Assembly: GCA_020635175.1 (NCBI GenBank)
Contig: JACKAH010000002.1
Location: 15,406 to 79,405 of the forward strand
Source of the DNA: Deltaproteobacteria bacterium
GTDB lineage: Bacteria; Bdellovibrionota_C; UBA2361; J135
DNA: 64,000 nt
Direction: 5' to 3'
Part shown: piece after piece, positions 1-9,262 of the stretch
Layout: each line of letters starts with the position of its first letter
Position numbering within the stretch: position 1 is the first letter of the stretch
Position numbers and translations under genes: made by a program
The notes under the pieces: model-generated
The model's database searches: none
What the model was told of the DNA's origin: nothing
The model's input: the letters and a program-made list of their open reading frames with translations, nothing else

Positions 1-32
1 GTCGTTAAGTATAAGGGATTTAACGACCTAGT

Positions 33-58
33 GTGGTCGAGGCAAATGCTTCGACCAC
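33..58 (-). terminator. Stem-loop just downstream of the minus-strand OMP gene; a second hairpin lies at 1-27
   Basis: gtggtcga (33-40) pairs with tcgaccac (51-58). The stem extends through g41/t50, g42/c49 and c43/g48 around an AAAT loop. A second 8-bp hairpin, gtcgttaa (1-8) with ttaacgac (20-27), follows. Neither has a clear U-tract on the minus strand. Confidence 0.35.
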
Positions 59-63
59 CTTTA

Positions 64-1104
64 TTAGCTTCTAAACCTACGGGATAGAGTAAATTGAACT
101 CTATAATCAGGTGTTAGCTCTTCTGATGAATCATCTTTCTTAATTGGAAAATCTATTCCAAGACTTCCATACCAAAGTCCTGAATTTGAAAAGCTAAGCT
201 GAGGGCCAAGGTAAAGGACAGTGTCATCTGATCCCTCAATATCTGAACCATTAATCTGATCTTTTGATTTTATTTCGCCTGAGAAGCGTAATCGAAGATC
301 GACCGTTGAATCCTCGCTAGGTGCGTAGAAGTAACCTGCTGCTAAGTTGAACTGTAGGTCATTGCCGTACTGATAATCATAATCACCTTCGGTTCTAATT
401 GATCCCTGCAAGCTCCCACTGTAAGAGATAAACCTGTACTGACCAAAGAAGCTAGCCCCAAGTATATAATCTAAAGATCCGCTTCCAAGGGCTAAATCGT
501 CGCCAGCAACAAAATTTCCATCTACGCTTCCATGTCGAAATATAGATCTCTCTTCAGCCTCGTCTTGCTCCTCAGCTAATCTGTCTGAATCACCACTTGG
601 CAGTTTGAATCCGCCGAAGAACTCATAGAAAAAGGAGCTTTCGCTAGAATAGATTTGTGCTGGTGTGTATTTAAAAAGGAGTGAGATATCACCTAGTCCG
701 GATTCCGAACCAGTTTCAATTACATTATCACTAATGCGTCTAAACTTTCGCTCTATTAGCGGTAGGTTCACCTGAACTCCAAATCTGTCAGTAAATCTAT
801 ATCCTGAGTAGATCTGTGTAGTGAAACTTTCAAGATGTTGCTTACCTAATATCTCTCTTCCAGGCAGTAAAGCAGGGGAGCCAAAGGATGTGTATTGGTG
901 AGTTGCTCCGATAAAGAAGGAATCTGCACTGACCCCTTGTGCTTCGATACTGTTATAGACGGCGCAGAGATCGCAAGCAGAAGAAACTCCAGCTCCAAGG
1001 GTAATGCAGCAAGCGAACATTAGAAATGTTCGCCTTAGCCAAATTGGTAACTTATTTCTACTCGATTTACTTAACATCAAAGAATACCACATCTTCAGGT
1101 CCAA
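64..1104 (-). CDS. Putative outer-membrane beta-barrel protein; the mature N-terminus carries a CxxC motif
   Basis: Signal peptide ...LMFACCITLGAGVSSA followed by CDLCAVYNS. Alternating amphipathic strands run throughout (DLRLRFSGEIKS, LYLGPQLSFSNSGLWYGSLGIDF) and the protein is rich in Gly/Ser/Tyr. The start is probably an internal Met (MLSKSS...), because the ORF overlaps the upstream gene by 38 nt. Confidence 0.6.
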   Translation of the reverse strand: MDLKMWYSLMLSKSSRNKLPIWLRRTFLMFACCITLGAGVSSACDLCAVYNSIEAQGVSADSFFIGATHQYTSFGSPALLPGREILGKQHLESFTTQIYSGYRFTDRFGVQVNLPLIERKFRRISDNVIETGSESGLGDISLLFKYTPAQIYSSESSFFYEFFGGFKLPSGDSDRLAEEQDEAEERSIFRHGSVDGNFVAGDDLALGSGSLDYILGASFFGQYRFISYSGSLQGSIRTEGDYDYQYGNDLQFNLAAGYFYAPSEDSTVDLRLRFSGEIKSKDQINGSDIEGSDDTVLYLGPQLSFSNSGLWYGSLGIDFPIKKDDSSEELTPDYRVQFTLSRRFRS

Positions 1105-1528
1105 CTTTTACGTGATTATTGTCTCTTAGTTCAAATCTTAATGTATGTGTTCCAGATTCTAATTCAGCTGGAAGTTGATATGAGTCATCTATTTGCCAGC
1201 TGGTAAGATGGTGGTCCGTCCCATCAGCATCATCTAAGTAAACATGATAGTGACCCTCATTGGCGTCGGGGTTGAGTTCGTCGCTTAAATGGTTTGTCTC
1301 CGTGTCATGTGCGGACTCTGTTCTTAAGTTAAAAGGCACTGCTAGTGTAAAATTTGTTGTCTCAACCATGTATGAAACAAGATCGCCTGGTGCATAGCTA
1401 GATTTGTTGTCAGTAAGACTTGCTCTTATGGTGACTGATTCGTCAACCAAAGAGACACTTTCACTTGAGGTGCTTGAACCTCCACAGCCAATTACTAATA
1501 AAAGAAGTGGTGCAATTAGTTTTTTCAT
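1067..1528 (-). CDS. Putative metal-binding lipoprotein (His-rich; resembles the DUF4399 family)
   Basis: Lipobox MKKLIAPLLLLVIGC at the internal Met at 1528. The 35 codons upstream of it in the tracked ORF do not look like signal sequence. His/Asp-rich motifs are present: ESAHDTETNH and NEGHYHVYLDDADGTDHH. Confidence 0.55.
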   Translation of the reverse strand: MKKLIAPLLLLVIGCGGSSTSSESVSLVDESVTIRASLTDNKSSYAPGDLVSYMVETTNFTLAVPFNLRTESAHDTETNHLSDELNPDANEGHYHVYLDDADGTDHHLTSWQIDDSYQLPAELESGTHTLRFELRDNNHVKVGPEDVVFFDVK

Positions 1529-1720
1529 TTTTAAAACTCCGAAAAAGATTTCATTCATTGAATGCAATTTCGGGGACTTAAAATCAATGTGGCAAAATGT
1601 CGCGCTGTATGGCTTTGATTTTACTGAGTTCAATCAGGATTTTTTTAAGATTTAGATAGTTTTCTGCTCTGTATGTAGTATATTCATTTGGTTTCTAGTT
1701 AAAGATAGAGGGTGGTTACT

Positions 1721-2887
1721 ATGACAGATAGGGTGCGTCGTGATATCTCTTACGATCCAGCTTTAATGCGGCAAGTTACAGTTAAGGTTAACGCTCTAGA
1801 GGGTGTAAATTTAGGGCAAGGACTGTGCTTACTCGATCCTCCAGATGCTGTTTTAGAGGGAGCTAGAAAAGCAATTTCTGATGGTTTCAATGTATGTCCA
1901 CCAATGGATGGCGTTGCTCCACTGAGAGAGCAGGTACTCAAAAGAGTCCAAGATTTTAACAAGATTAATTGTGATGCAGGAAACCTATTGATTACCGCTG
2001 GAGCCACCGCAGCGTTTGAGACAATTTGTCAGACTCTGATTAATCCTGGTGATGAGGTGATCTTATTTTCTCCACTCTATCCTTTTCATTTGAATCCGTT
2101 ACAAAGATCTAGAGCAAAAATTAAAACAGTTGATCTAATGCCTCCAAAGTGGAGCTTTGATCTTGAGCAGCTTGAAAAGCAGATAACACCTGCTACGAAA
2201 TTTGTGCTTTTGAATTCACCACACAACCCAACTGGTAAAGTATTTACAAAGGAGGAATTGATCTCAATAGGTAAACTTTGTCTCAAGCATGATATCTTAT
2301 GCGTTACTGATGAAGTTTATGAATGTATGACATACGATGGATATGAGCCTGTGTCCTTAGCATCGTTTCCTGAGTTTAAGAATAATTGTATTATGATGGG
2401 TTCATTCTCAAAGACCTTTGCAATTACTGGTTGGCGTGTCGGTTATATGCTTGCCCCAGATTCTATTGTCGATGCGTTTAAATCAGTGTCTGATTTTGTC
2501 TATCTGGGATCGCCAACACCGCTACAACATGGTGTAGCGTATGCGTTAGAGAATGTTCCAGCTTCTTATTATTCAGAGCTCAATAAAACATATCTAAAGA
2601 AAAGATCGCTACTAGCCAATGCACTTGAAGCAGGAGGGTTGCCATACTTTCAAACTCAAGGAGCATATTATCTAGTTGTTGATACTAGAGAGCGCTTTCC
2701 TGGGAAGTCATCGCTTCAAGCTGTTACCGAATTGGTTGAAAAGGTTGGAGTAGGGGCAGTCCCAGCTGAAGATTTTCTATTGCCGGAGCATAGATCTGAT
2801 TTGTCTAAGGCAAATTTTCTTAGGTTTAGCTTTGCTGTTCCAGATTCAATGATTGAAGCAGCTGCAGAGAGGCTTAAGCAGCTTTAG
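1721..2887 (+). CDS. Class I/II PLP-dependent aminotransferase
   Basis: NSPHNPTGKVF and the PLP-lysine motif SFSKTFAITGWRVGY. Length is about 390 aa. The ATG at 1721 follows agagggtgg; the tracked ORF starts at a GTG at 1712. Confidence 0.85.
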   Translation: MTDRVRRDISYDPALMRQVTVKVNALEGVNLGQGLCLLDPPDAVLEGARKAISDGFNVCPPMDGVAPLREQVLKRVQDFNKINCDAGNLLITAGATAAFETICQTLINPGDEVILFSPLYPFHLNPLQRSRAKIKTVDLMPPKWSFDLEQLEKQITPATKFVLLNSPHNPTGKVFTKEELISIGKLCLKHDILCVTDEVYECMTYDGYEPVSLASFPEFKNNCIMMGSFSKTFAITGWRVGYMLAPDSIVDAFKSVSDFVYLGSPTPLQHGVAYALENVPASYYSELNKTYLKKRSLLANALEAGGLPYFQTQGAYYLVVDTRERFPGKSSLQAVTELVEKVGVGAVPAEDFLLPEHRSDLSKANFLRFSFAVPDSMIEAAAERLKQL

Positions 2888-2922
2888 GCTGAGATCGCAT
2901 GTAGCATTTGCTAGTCTTCCGA

Positions 2923-5217
2923 TTATCTAAGCGGTGAGTGATACCCATTGCCTTGCGAGCTTTCTTCTTCATCTTCTTCAATTGTGTAGTCAGTGCCACG
3001 TACGAGTTTTGAATTAATTGATGGAAGTAGTGGAGAGTAGGTCCCGTAGGTTACTAATAACAGGTACTGCTCGGCTCTAGATATCGCGGTGTAAAGTAAG
3101 TTTCGTCCTAAGTTGCTGTCAGGATAAGATTTAGCAGATGGGTTCCAGATTAGTGCAGAAAAGAATTCAAGCCCTTTAACACTTTTAACATCGGAGATCA
3201 CGATCCCTGAATCAAACGAAAATGTTTCATCGTCCCCAAGTCTAACCGATCCACCCAGTGAAGGCTCAAGAAGTGATAGCACATATTTTGCCTCTTTCTT
3301 ATCCTTGCAGATTACAGCAGTTAGTGTGTGAGGGTATCTCTCCCTAGTTGTCGTTAGCCACTGAATGACATCTGATATAAAGTGCTCCTCCTCGCGTGCA
3401 TGAATCCACTTAGGAGCTTTTCCAGCGCGACCTCCCTCTGTCCTGTTTGTGCCTAGCACATGATCAGCTAACTTCATAATCTGTGCAGTTGATCGATGTG
3501 AAACGTGCAAAGAAACAAAACTCGAGTACTCATCTCCTAAGTCCCAATGTGTTCTAAGCTGATCCCAGCCAGGGAAGGTAGAAGATTCATCAATGCTTTG
3601 TGCGACGTCTCCAACTATTGTCAAATCTCTATTGCTCTTAACGCTGTCAATTATCGTTGCGAAATGTAATGCACTAAAATCCTGTGCCTCATCAAGAACG
3701 ATATGTCCATATCTTCGTATTTGACCACTAGGTGTTGTTAAGCCACCATTCTTAAGCTGTGCAAGTCTAAGAAAAAGGGTTTCATCACCATATTCAAGCG
3801 TCTCGTCTGAGAGATTTCGTTTCATCCTTTCGTAAAGAGTAGAAACTAGTTCCTTGTCTATTAATTTTGTTTGGTCGTGAGAGATAATAGAAGCAGGGTT
3901 GTTCAGGATTTGTAAGATATCTTCTCTATATAACTGCATGCGTTTTAGAAGAGTCGCTATAACTTTATCAGCGTTTTCGAGACCTTTTGCTTTTGGGTGA
4001 TCTTTTGCAATCTTTGTTAACCCTGTACGGACCCCTGTTTCAAGTTCATGTAGCATTCTGAGTGGAGCAACGTAAATACCGGTTTTGTCTTTGACAGAGC
4101 AGAACTTACTAAAGATGTCTTTCAACCCTGATGGAAGGTCTTCCCAAACCAACTGTTCATTGAGAACCTGCACTAGTCTAACGCTTTGAGCTTGAATGTA
4201 TTCATCAATCGCTTTCATTATGGCAATCGAAGTTTTGACTCGCATAAGTGAGGCAGGTGGCTTATCAGTTGAATAGTGTAGGGGAATGTCGGTCGCCTTA
4301 CGCTCCTCAATAAAATATTTCAGATGTTCATAGGCCCATTCTCGATAAGTGGCAATTCTTACACCATGAATCTCCATCGAGGGTAACGTCTGAGAGATAT
4401 AGTTCTTCAAGGATTTATTGTGAACGAGGACTACAACTTCATCTTCATTTAAATCTGAGTTATCTTCATGCAGAAGCCAAGCTAACCTATGTAGTGCTAC
4501 AGTGGTTTTGCCTGAGCCTGCGATCCCCTGAATCATTACCGCAGTTTTCGCGTCTTCAGTAATCATCTGAAATTGATCGGATGTTATCAAGGATAGAATG
4601 TTAGGAAGCTCGGCAGAGCCTGCTTCTCCACGTGACCTTGCTTGCGAACCTGAGGATTTCCACTCTTCGCCTTCCAGATAGTAGCTTCCCTGCTTGCATG
4701 TAAGGCTTTGAAGCTTGTCTCTTGTTATCCTCACAGTATTTCTGAGTGTAACAACACCTTCTCTATCGTGTCCTTGTATCTCCTCGAAATACTCGTCGCC
4801 TTCCTGGTATTCGTAATAAAGCTTAGAGATGGGAGCCTTACGCCAGTCGATAATTCGACACTCAGGATTTGCTGCATGACCAATCTTATATTCCAAAGAT
4901 TTTGATTGGCCGTTTATCTCTTCCTTAAGCTTAATTCGAGCAAAATAGGGACTTTTAAGCAGCTTATCTATATCTTCTAGCTCTTGCGTCTTCATGTCTC
5001 GCAGCTGATGAGAAACTGATTCGTCTGATGCAATTTGCGCTTTATCCTCGTCACGTTGAGCTGCAACTAGTTCGGAAGTTAATTCTCTCGCTCGCTTGCT
5101 TTCAGTCACAAGTTTTATAGCGCCTCGATCTTTTTGATCTTCAAGTGAGGAGTATGTTTTTGAGAGAGCTTTCTGCTCTTCCTCAATGATTTTAAGATCT
5201 TCTTCTGTTAGAGACAT
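2923..5217 (-). CDS. helD: UvrD/Rep-superfamily helicase, HelD (helicase IV)-like
   Basis: N-terminal coiled-coil. HelD-type motifs PYFARIKL and RIIDWRKAPISKLYY. Walker A GIAGSGKTT, then HIVLDEAQDF, and the C-terminal motif LLYTAISRAEQYLLLV. Confidence 0.75.
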   Translation of the reverse strand: MSLTEEDLKIIEEEQKALSKTYSSLEDQKDRGAIKLVTESKRARELTSELVAAQRDEDKAQIASDESVSHQLRDMKTQELEDIDKLLKSPYFARIKLKEEINGQSKSLEYKIGHAANPECRIIDWRKAPISKLYYEYQEGDEYFEEIQGHDREGVVTLRNTVRITRDKLQSLTCKQGSYYLEGEEWKSSGSQARSRGEAGSAELPNILSLITSDQFQMITEDAKTAVMIQGIAGSGKTTVALHRLAWLLHEDNSDLNEDEVVVLVHNKSLKNYISQTLPSMEIHGVRIATYREWAYEHLKYFIEERKATDIPLHYSTDKPPASLMRVKTSIAIMKAIDEYIQAQSVRLVQVLNEQLVWEDLPSGLKDIFSKFCSVKDKTGIYVAPLRMLHELETGVRTGLTKIAKDHPKAKGLENADKVIATLLKRMQLYREDILQILNNPASIISHDQTKLIDKELVSTLYERMKRNLSDETLEYGDETLFLRLAQLKNGGLTTPSGQIRRYGHIVLDEAQDFSALHFATIIDSVKSNRDLTIVGDVAQSIDESSTFPGWDQLRTHWDLGDEYSSFVSLHVSHRSTAQIMKLADHVLGTNRTEGGRAGKAPKWIHAREEEHFISDVIQWLTTTRERYPHTLTAVICKDKKEAKYVLSLLEPSLGGSVRLGDDETFSFDSGIVISDVKSVKGLEFFSALIWNPSAKSYPDSNLGRNLLYTAISRAEQYLLLVTYGTYSPLLPSINSKLVRGTDYTIEEDEEESSQGNGYHSPLR

Positions 5218-5445
5218 TGTTTTATACAGTAGAATAAATCGTACTTAATAAAGTCAGTTAGAATAAGTTAAAATATGACAAACATCAATTTTAGTCTGTT
5301 AAAATTTGAGATTTTTCTACTCAAAAGCGAAAGTAATACTTTGATATGCTTAGAATTACATGCTTTTTGACCTTTTTAACCTTGCACAAGCTCCCCTTTT
5401 CCTTTTAATTGCATGATACAGGAGTAGTGGAACACAGAAGGATCC

Positions 5446-5493
5446 CACGAGTGCTTAAACCGATGTTTTTAGCTTCGGGCGGTTGAACTCGTG
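5446..5493 (+). other. Nested stem-loop in the putative nuo leader
   Basis: cacgagt (5446-5452) pairs with actcgtg (5487-5493). An inner pair aaccg/cggtt is also present. The element lies about 70 nt upstream of the nuoC GTG start. Confidence 0.2.
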
Positions 5494-5564
5494 ACAGTAA
5501 TATATATTTGTACTAATCATCTGTTACTGGACTTGGTGTCCGTGTGTAGCCCTCGGAGGAGAGT

Positions 5565-6143
5565 GTGCATCAAGAGAAAACAAAACATTTACAAGACCTC
5601 TTATCTTCAAAATTTAAGCAGCAGATTGTCGTATCGAAAATCGATTTAGGCGATCTTGTCGTTGAAATTCAACGTGAATCAGTTGGCGAATTCTTTAAGC
5701 GATTAAAAGAAGATCCTGATCTGACTTTCAACATGTTAACTGACGTTACTGCTGTTGATTGGCTCGATAAGAAATCCAATAGATTTGAAGTTGTTTACCA
5801 CCTGCGTAGTTTTGAACATGGTTATTTTGTGCGAGTAAAAGTCGCCTTGCCAGAGAGCGATCCAACGATTGACTCAGTTTTGCCTTATTGGCATGCCGCA
5901 GATTTCTTAGAGTCTGAAGTTTGGGACATGTATGGAATTAACTTTCGAAACAATCCCGACATTAGAAGAATGATGATGTATGAAGAGTTTGAAGGACATC
6001 CTTTGCGAAAAGATTATCCTGTACAAGGGAAGCAGCCACGTATTGAGATGCGTTATCCTGAAGTGAGAAATACTGCAAAAGATATGGTCAGACATACATT
6101 AGTCCAGATTAATAAGTCAGACAGAGCTGGAGGTGCTGCGTGA
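5565..6143 (+). CDS. nuoC: NADH-quinone oxidoreductase subunit C
   Basis: 30-kDa subunit motifs LTDVTAVDW, SEVWDMYGINF and HPLRKDYP. GTG start preceded by ggaggagag. Confidence 0.92.
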   Translation: MHQEKTKHLQDLLSSKFKQQIVVSKIDLGDLVVEIQRESVGEFFKRLKEDPDLTFNMLTDVTAVDWLDKKSNRFEVVYHLRSFEHGYFVRVKVALPESDPTIDSVLPYWHAADFLESEVWDMYGINFRNNPDIRRMMMYEEFEGHPLRKDYPVQGKQPRIEMRYPEVRNTAKDMVRHTLVQINKSDRAGGAA

Positions 6144-7396
6144 GCTTAAAAAGACACCTCTTTAATGAAGATCTTGGGATAGGTGGTGTTAGCACACATA
6201 TGCGTCCTCGCGCACTAAATGATGATCTGCATACTGAGACTATGATCCTTAATATGGGACCAGCTCATCCAGCTACGCACGGCACAGCGCGTATCGCGGT
6301 TGAACTTTCAGGTGAAGAGATTATTGATGCAGCTGTTGAGGTTGGATATCTACATCGTGGTTTTGAGAAGATGTGTGAAACGGTCGACTACAACCAGGTC
6401 ATTCCGTATACAGATAGACTTAATTACGTTTCTCCTATTATCAACAATGTCGGTTGGTCTCTAGCTGTCGAAAAGTTGCTTGGAGTTGAGGTTCCAAAGC
6501 GCGCTCAATACATCCGTGTAATACTATCAGAGATCTCTCGAATCTGTGATCATCTAACTTGCCTTGGCGCAAGTGCGATGGAATTAGGCGCATTTACCGC
6601 GTTTCTGTATTTAGTTGAAGCTCGTGAGTACCTTTGGGATTTAGTTGAAGAGGTAACAGGTGCTCGATTAACTATTTCTTATACTCGAGTCGGAGGGTTG
6701 AAACATGATCTAACTGCTGACTTTGCGGAGAAAATGCATGAGGCATTCAAGGGTGTCAGATTTCATTTAGATAATTCAGATCGGCTGCTTTCGAGGAATA
6801 GAATATTCTTAGATAGGATGTGTGATGTAGCTGTCGTGTCTAAGGAAAAAGCTTTTAGTTATGGATTAACGGGACCAATTCTACGTGCTTCGGGTGGTGA
6901 TTTCGATATTCGAAAGGCGAACCCATATTCCTCTTATGAAGATTTTGATTTTGAAGTTCCTTTAGGCACAAAGGGAGATAATTACGATAGGTTCAATGTG
7001 CGCTTTGAGGAGATGAAGCAGTCGATGAGCATCTGCGAACAGGCAATCGCAAACCTACCAGATGGACCGATATCGATCGACGATCCGCATGTGGTGCTTG
7101 AGGATAAGGATGAAGTTTATAAATCCATTGATGGCATGATAAATCACTTTGAACTAGTGATTCGTGGTGTTGAGCCTCCAGCTGGAGAGGTTTACATGTC
7201 TGTTGAAGGTGGTAATGGAGAAGTAGGTTTCTACGTTGTCTCAGATGGTAGTGGGAAGCCGTATAGGTGTCGCGTACGCCCACCAAGTTACATTCATATG
7301 GGCATTATTAAAGAGATGTTGTTAGGCCATTCTATCGCTGACGTTGTTCCAACATTTGGAATGATCAATATGATTGGTGGAGAGTGTGATAGGTAA
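6140..7396 (+). CDS. nuoD: NADH-quinone oxidoreductase subunit D
   Basis: MILNMGPAHPATHG, YTDRLNYVS and the C-terminal MIGGECDR. Overlaps nuoC by 4 nt. Confidence 0.95.
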   Translation: MSLKRHLFNEDLGIGGVSTHMRPRALNDDLHTETMILNMGPAHPATHGTARIAVELSGEEIIDAAVEVGYLHRGFEKMCETVDYNQVIPYTDRLNYVSPIINNVGWSLAVEKLLGVEVPKRAQYIRVILSEISRICDHLTCLGASAMELGAFTAFLYLVEAREYLWDLVEEVTGARLTISYTRVGGLKHDLTADFAEKMHEAFKGVRFHLDNSDRLLSRNRIFLDRMCDVAVVSKEKAFSYGLTGPILRASGGDFDIRKANPYSSYEDFDFEVPLGTKGDNYDRFNVRFEEMKQSMSICEQAIANLPDGPISIDDPHVVLEDKDEVYKSIDGMINHFELVIRGVEPPAGEVYMSVEGGNGEVGFYVVSDGSGKPYRCRVRPPSYIHMGIIKEMLLGHSIADVVPTFGMINMIGGECDR

Positions 7397-7406
7397 GGAT
7401 ATATAG

Positions 7407-7955
7407 ATGGGACTTTCTCAAGAAGCAGACAGAAAAATAGAAGAGATTAAGGCGAAGTACCCAAATGCAAGGTCGGCAATTATGCCTGCACTTTACATGG
7501 CACAGGAGGAGCTTGGGCACCTTACAGGAGATGCTATTGCGTGGGTTGCTGATAAAGTTGGCGTTTCACCTGCACACGTTATGGAAGTGGCAACCTTTTA
7601 CACCATGTATTACAAGCACCCCGTTGGGAAGTATCACTTTCAGGTTTGTAGAACGCTCTCTTGTGCAATACGAGGAGCCAAAGAGCTAACAAAGCATTTA
7701 CACCAAAAGTTTGGAATTTTACCTCATGAAGTGTCAGGTGATGGCATGTGGAGCTACGAAGAAGTTGAATGCTTAGGTTCATGCGGAACAGCTCCGATGT
7801 GTGAAATTAACGATGTGTATTTTGAAAATCTTACCCCTGAAAAATTGGAGGAGATTATCAAGGAGCTGGAAGCAACTCAGCCTGATATTAGATATTCAAC
7901 GTTGAAGGATGCAATTGGTGCAGGTATGAAAAATACACGTTCGGAGGTAATCTAG
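7407..7955 (+). CDS. nuoE: NADH-quinone oxidoreductase subunit E (2Fe-2S)
   Basis: Thioredoxin-like 2Fe-2S cysteines in FQVCRTLSCAIRG and VECLGSCGTAPMC. Confidence 0.93.
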   Translation: MGLSQEADRKIEEIKAKYPNARSAIMPALYMAQEELGHLTGDAIAWVADKVGVSPAHVMEVATFYTMYYKHPVGKYHFQVCRTLSCAIRGAKELTKHLHQKFGILPHEVSGDGMWSYEEVECLGSCGTAPMCEINDVYFENLTPEKLEEIIKELEATQPDIRYSTLKDAIGAGMKNTRSEVI

Positions 7956-9256
7956 TGTCAGAGCACTTACAGATTCTGTTGAAAGATATTAAAGAACCAG
8001 ACCTTCATACACTTGAGGGATACGAAAAGCGTGGTGGATATCAAACTATCCGGAAGGTTCTTCAGATGGATCCTCTTAAAGTAATTGAAGAGGTAAAGGC
8101 CTCAGGGCTTAGAGGACGTGGGGGAGCTGGTTTCCCTACGGGTCTAAAGTGGAGTTTTGTTCCACGTGATACCGGAAAACCTGTGTATCTCTTAATGAAT
8201 TCTGATGAAAGTGAACCTGGAACTTTTAAAGACAGAGTTCTTCTAGAAAAAAATCCACACCTTTGTATTGAGGGAATGTTGATTGCTGCCTGGGCTTTGC
8301 AGAGTAACTGGTCCTGCAACTATATTAGAGGCGAGTACGCCTATCCTTATGAACGGTTTAATAATGCCGTAAAGGAAGCGTATGAAAAAGGATATTTAGG
8401 TGACGGAGTTTTTGGAAGTAGCTTTAAGCATGACATGGTTACTCATCGCGGTGCAGGTGCATATATATGTGGTGAAGAAACAGGTCTAATTGAATCGCTT
8501 GAAGGTAAAAAAGGTCAGCCGAGATTAAAGCCTCCTTATCCTGCCGTGGTTGGTGTTTATGGTTGCCCGACTGTAGTAAATAACACAGAGACATTAGCAA
8601 CGCTTCCATGGATTATGCAGCATGGGGGCAGCGAATACGCAGCAATTGGCACAGAAAAATCTACAGGTACAAAACTTTTTAGTGCCTCAGGTCATATCAA
8701 TAAGCCGGGTGTCTACGAAGTCGAGCTAGGTTATCCAATTCTAGATTTCATAAAGAACGAATGTGGTGGGATCCTTGATGGAAAAGAGCTGAAATGCATC
8801 ATTCCAGGAGGATCTTCTGTTCCCGTTTTAAAAGCAGATGAACTCGAAGGTGTAAATTTAGATTACGAATCAATTCAGGCTGCTGGCTCAATGCTTGGTT
8901 CAGGAGGTTTCATCGTTATGGATGAAACAACTGATATGGTTGAAGTTGCTTTAAACCTTGCACACTTTTACGCACATGAATCTTGTGGACAGTGTACACC
9001 GTGCCGTGAAGGTGGCCACTGGATTGAAAAAATCTTTAAACGAATTGCTTTTGGGCAGGGTACAGAAAGGGATATGGATCTGATTAAGGATCTTTGTAAA
9101 CAAATTGGAGGTCACACGATCTGTCCGTTTGGTGATGCCCTTATAACTCCTGCATTAAGCTGCATGAAGAAATATCCAGATGAGTTTAAGATCAAGATAG
9201 AGCGTGCTTTAAATGGGAACCCTGTTAAAGCAACAGATTTACATTATACATTTTAG
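7955..9256 (+). CDS. nuoF: NADH-quinone oxidoreductase subunit F (FMN/NADH site, 4Fe-4S)
   Basis: GLRGRGGAGFPTGLKW, YICGEETGLIESLEG and ESCGQCTPCREG. Confidence 0.95.
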   Translation: MSEHLQILLKDIKEPDLHTLEGYEKRGGYQTIRKVLQMDPLKVIEEVKASGLRGRGGAGFPTGLKWSFVPRDTGKPVYLLMNSDESEPGTFKDRVLLEKNPHLCIEGMLIAAWALQSNWSCNYIRGEYAYPYERFNNAVKEAYEKGYLGDGVFGSSFKHDMVTHRGAGAYICGEETGLIESLEGKKGQPRLKPPYPAVVGVYGCPTVVNNTETLATLPWIMQHGGSEYAAIGTEKSTGTKLFSASGHINKPGVYEVELGYPILDFIKNECGGILDGKELKCIIPGGSSVPVLKADELEGVNLDYESIQAAGSMLGSGGFIVMDETTDMVEVALNLAHFYAHESCGQCTPCREGGHWIEKIFKRIAFGQGTERDMDLIKDLCKQIGGHTICPFGDALITPALSCMKKYPDEFKIKIERALNGNPVKATDLHYTF

Positions 9257-9262
9257 AGCAAC

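Noticed and set aside
1404-1655. An 83-aa plus-strand ORF
   Set aside because: It is antisense to the lipoprotein gene, which has a convincing lipobox.
5218-5564. A search for nuoA or nuoB remnants or pseudogenes upstream of nuoC
   Set aside because: No ORF appears in the supplied track on either strand, and the region is AT-rich with frequent stops. It is treated as a regulatory region.
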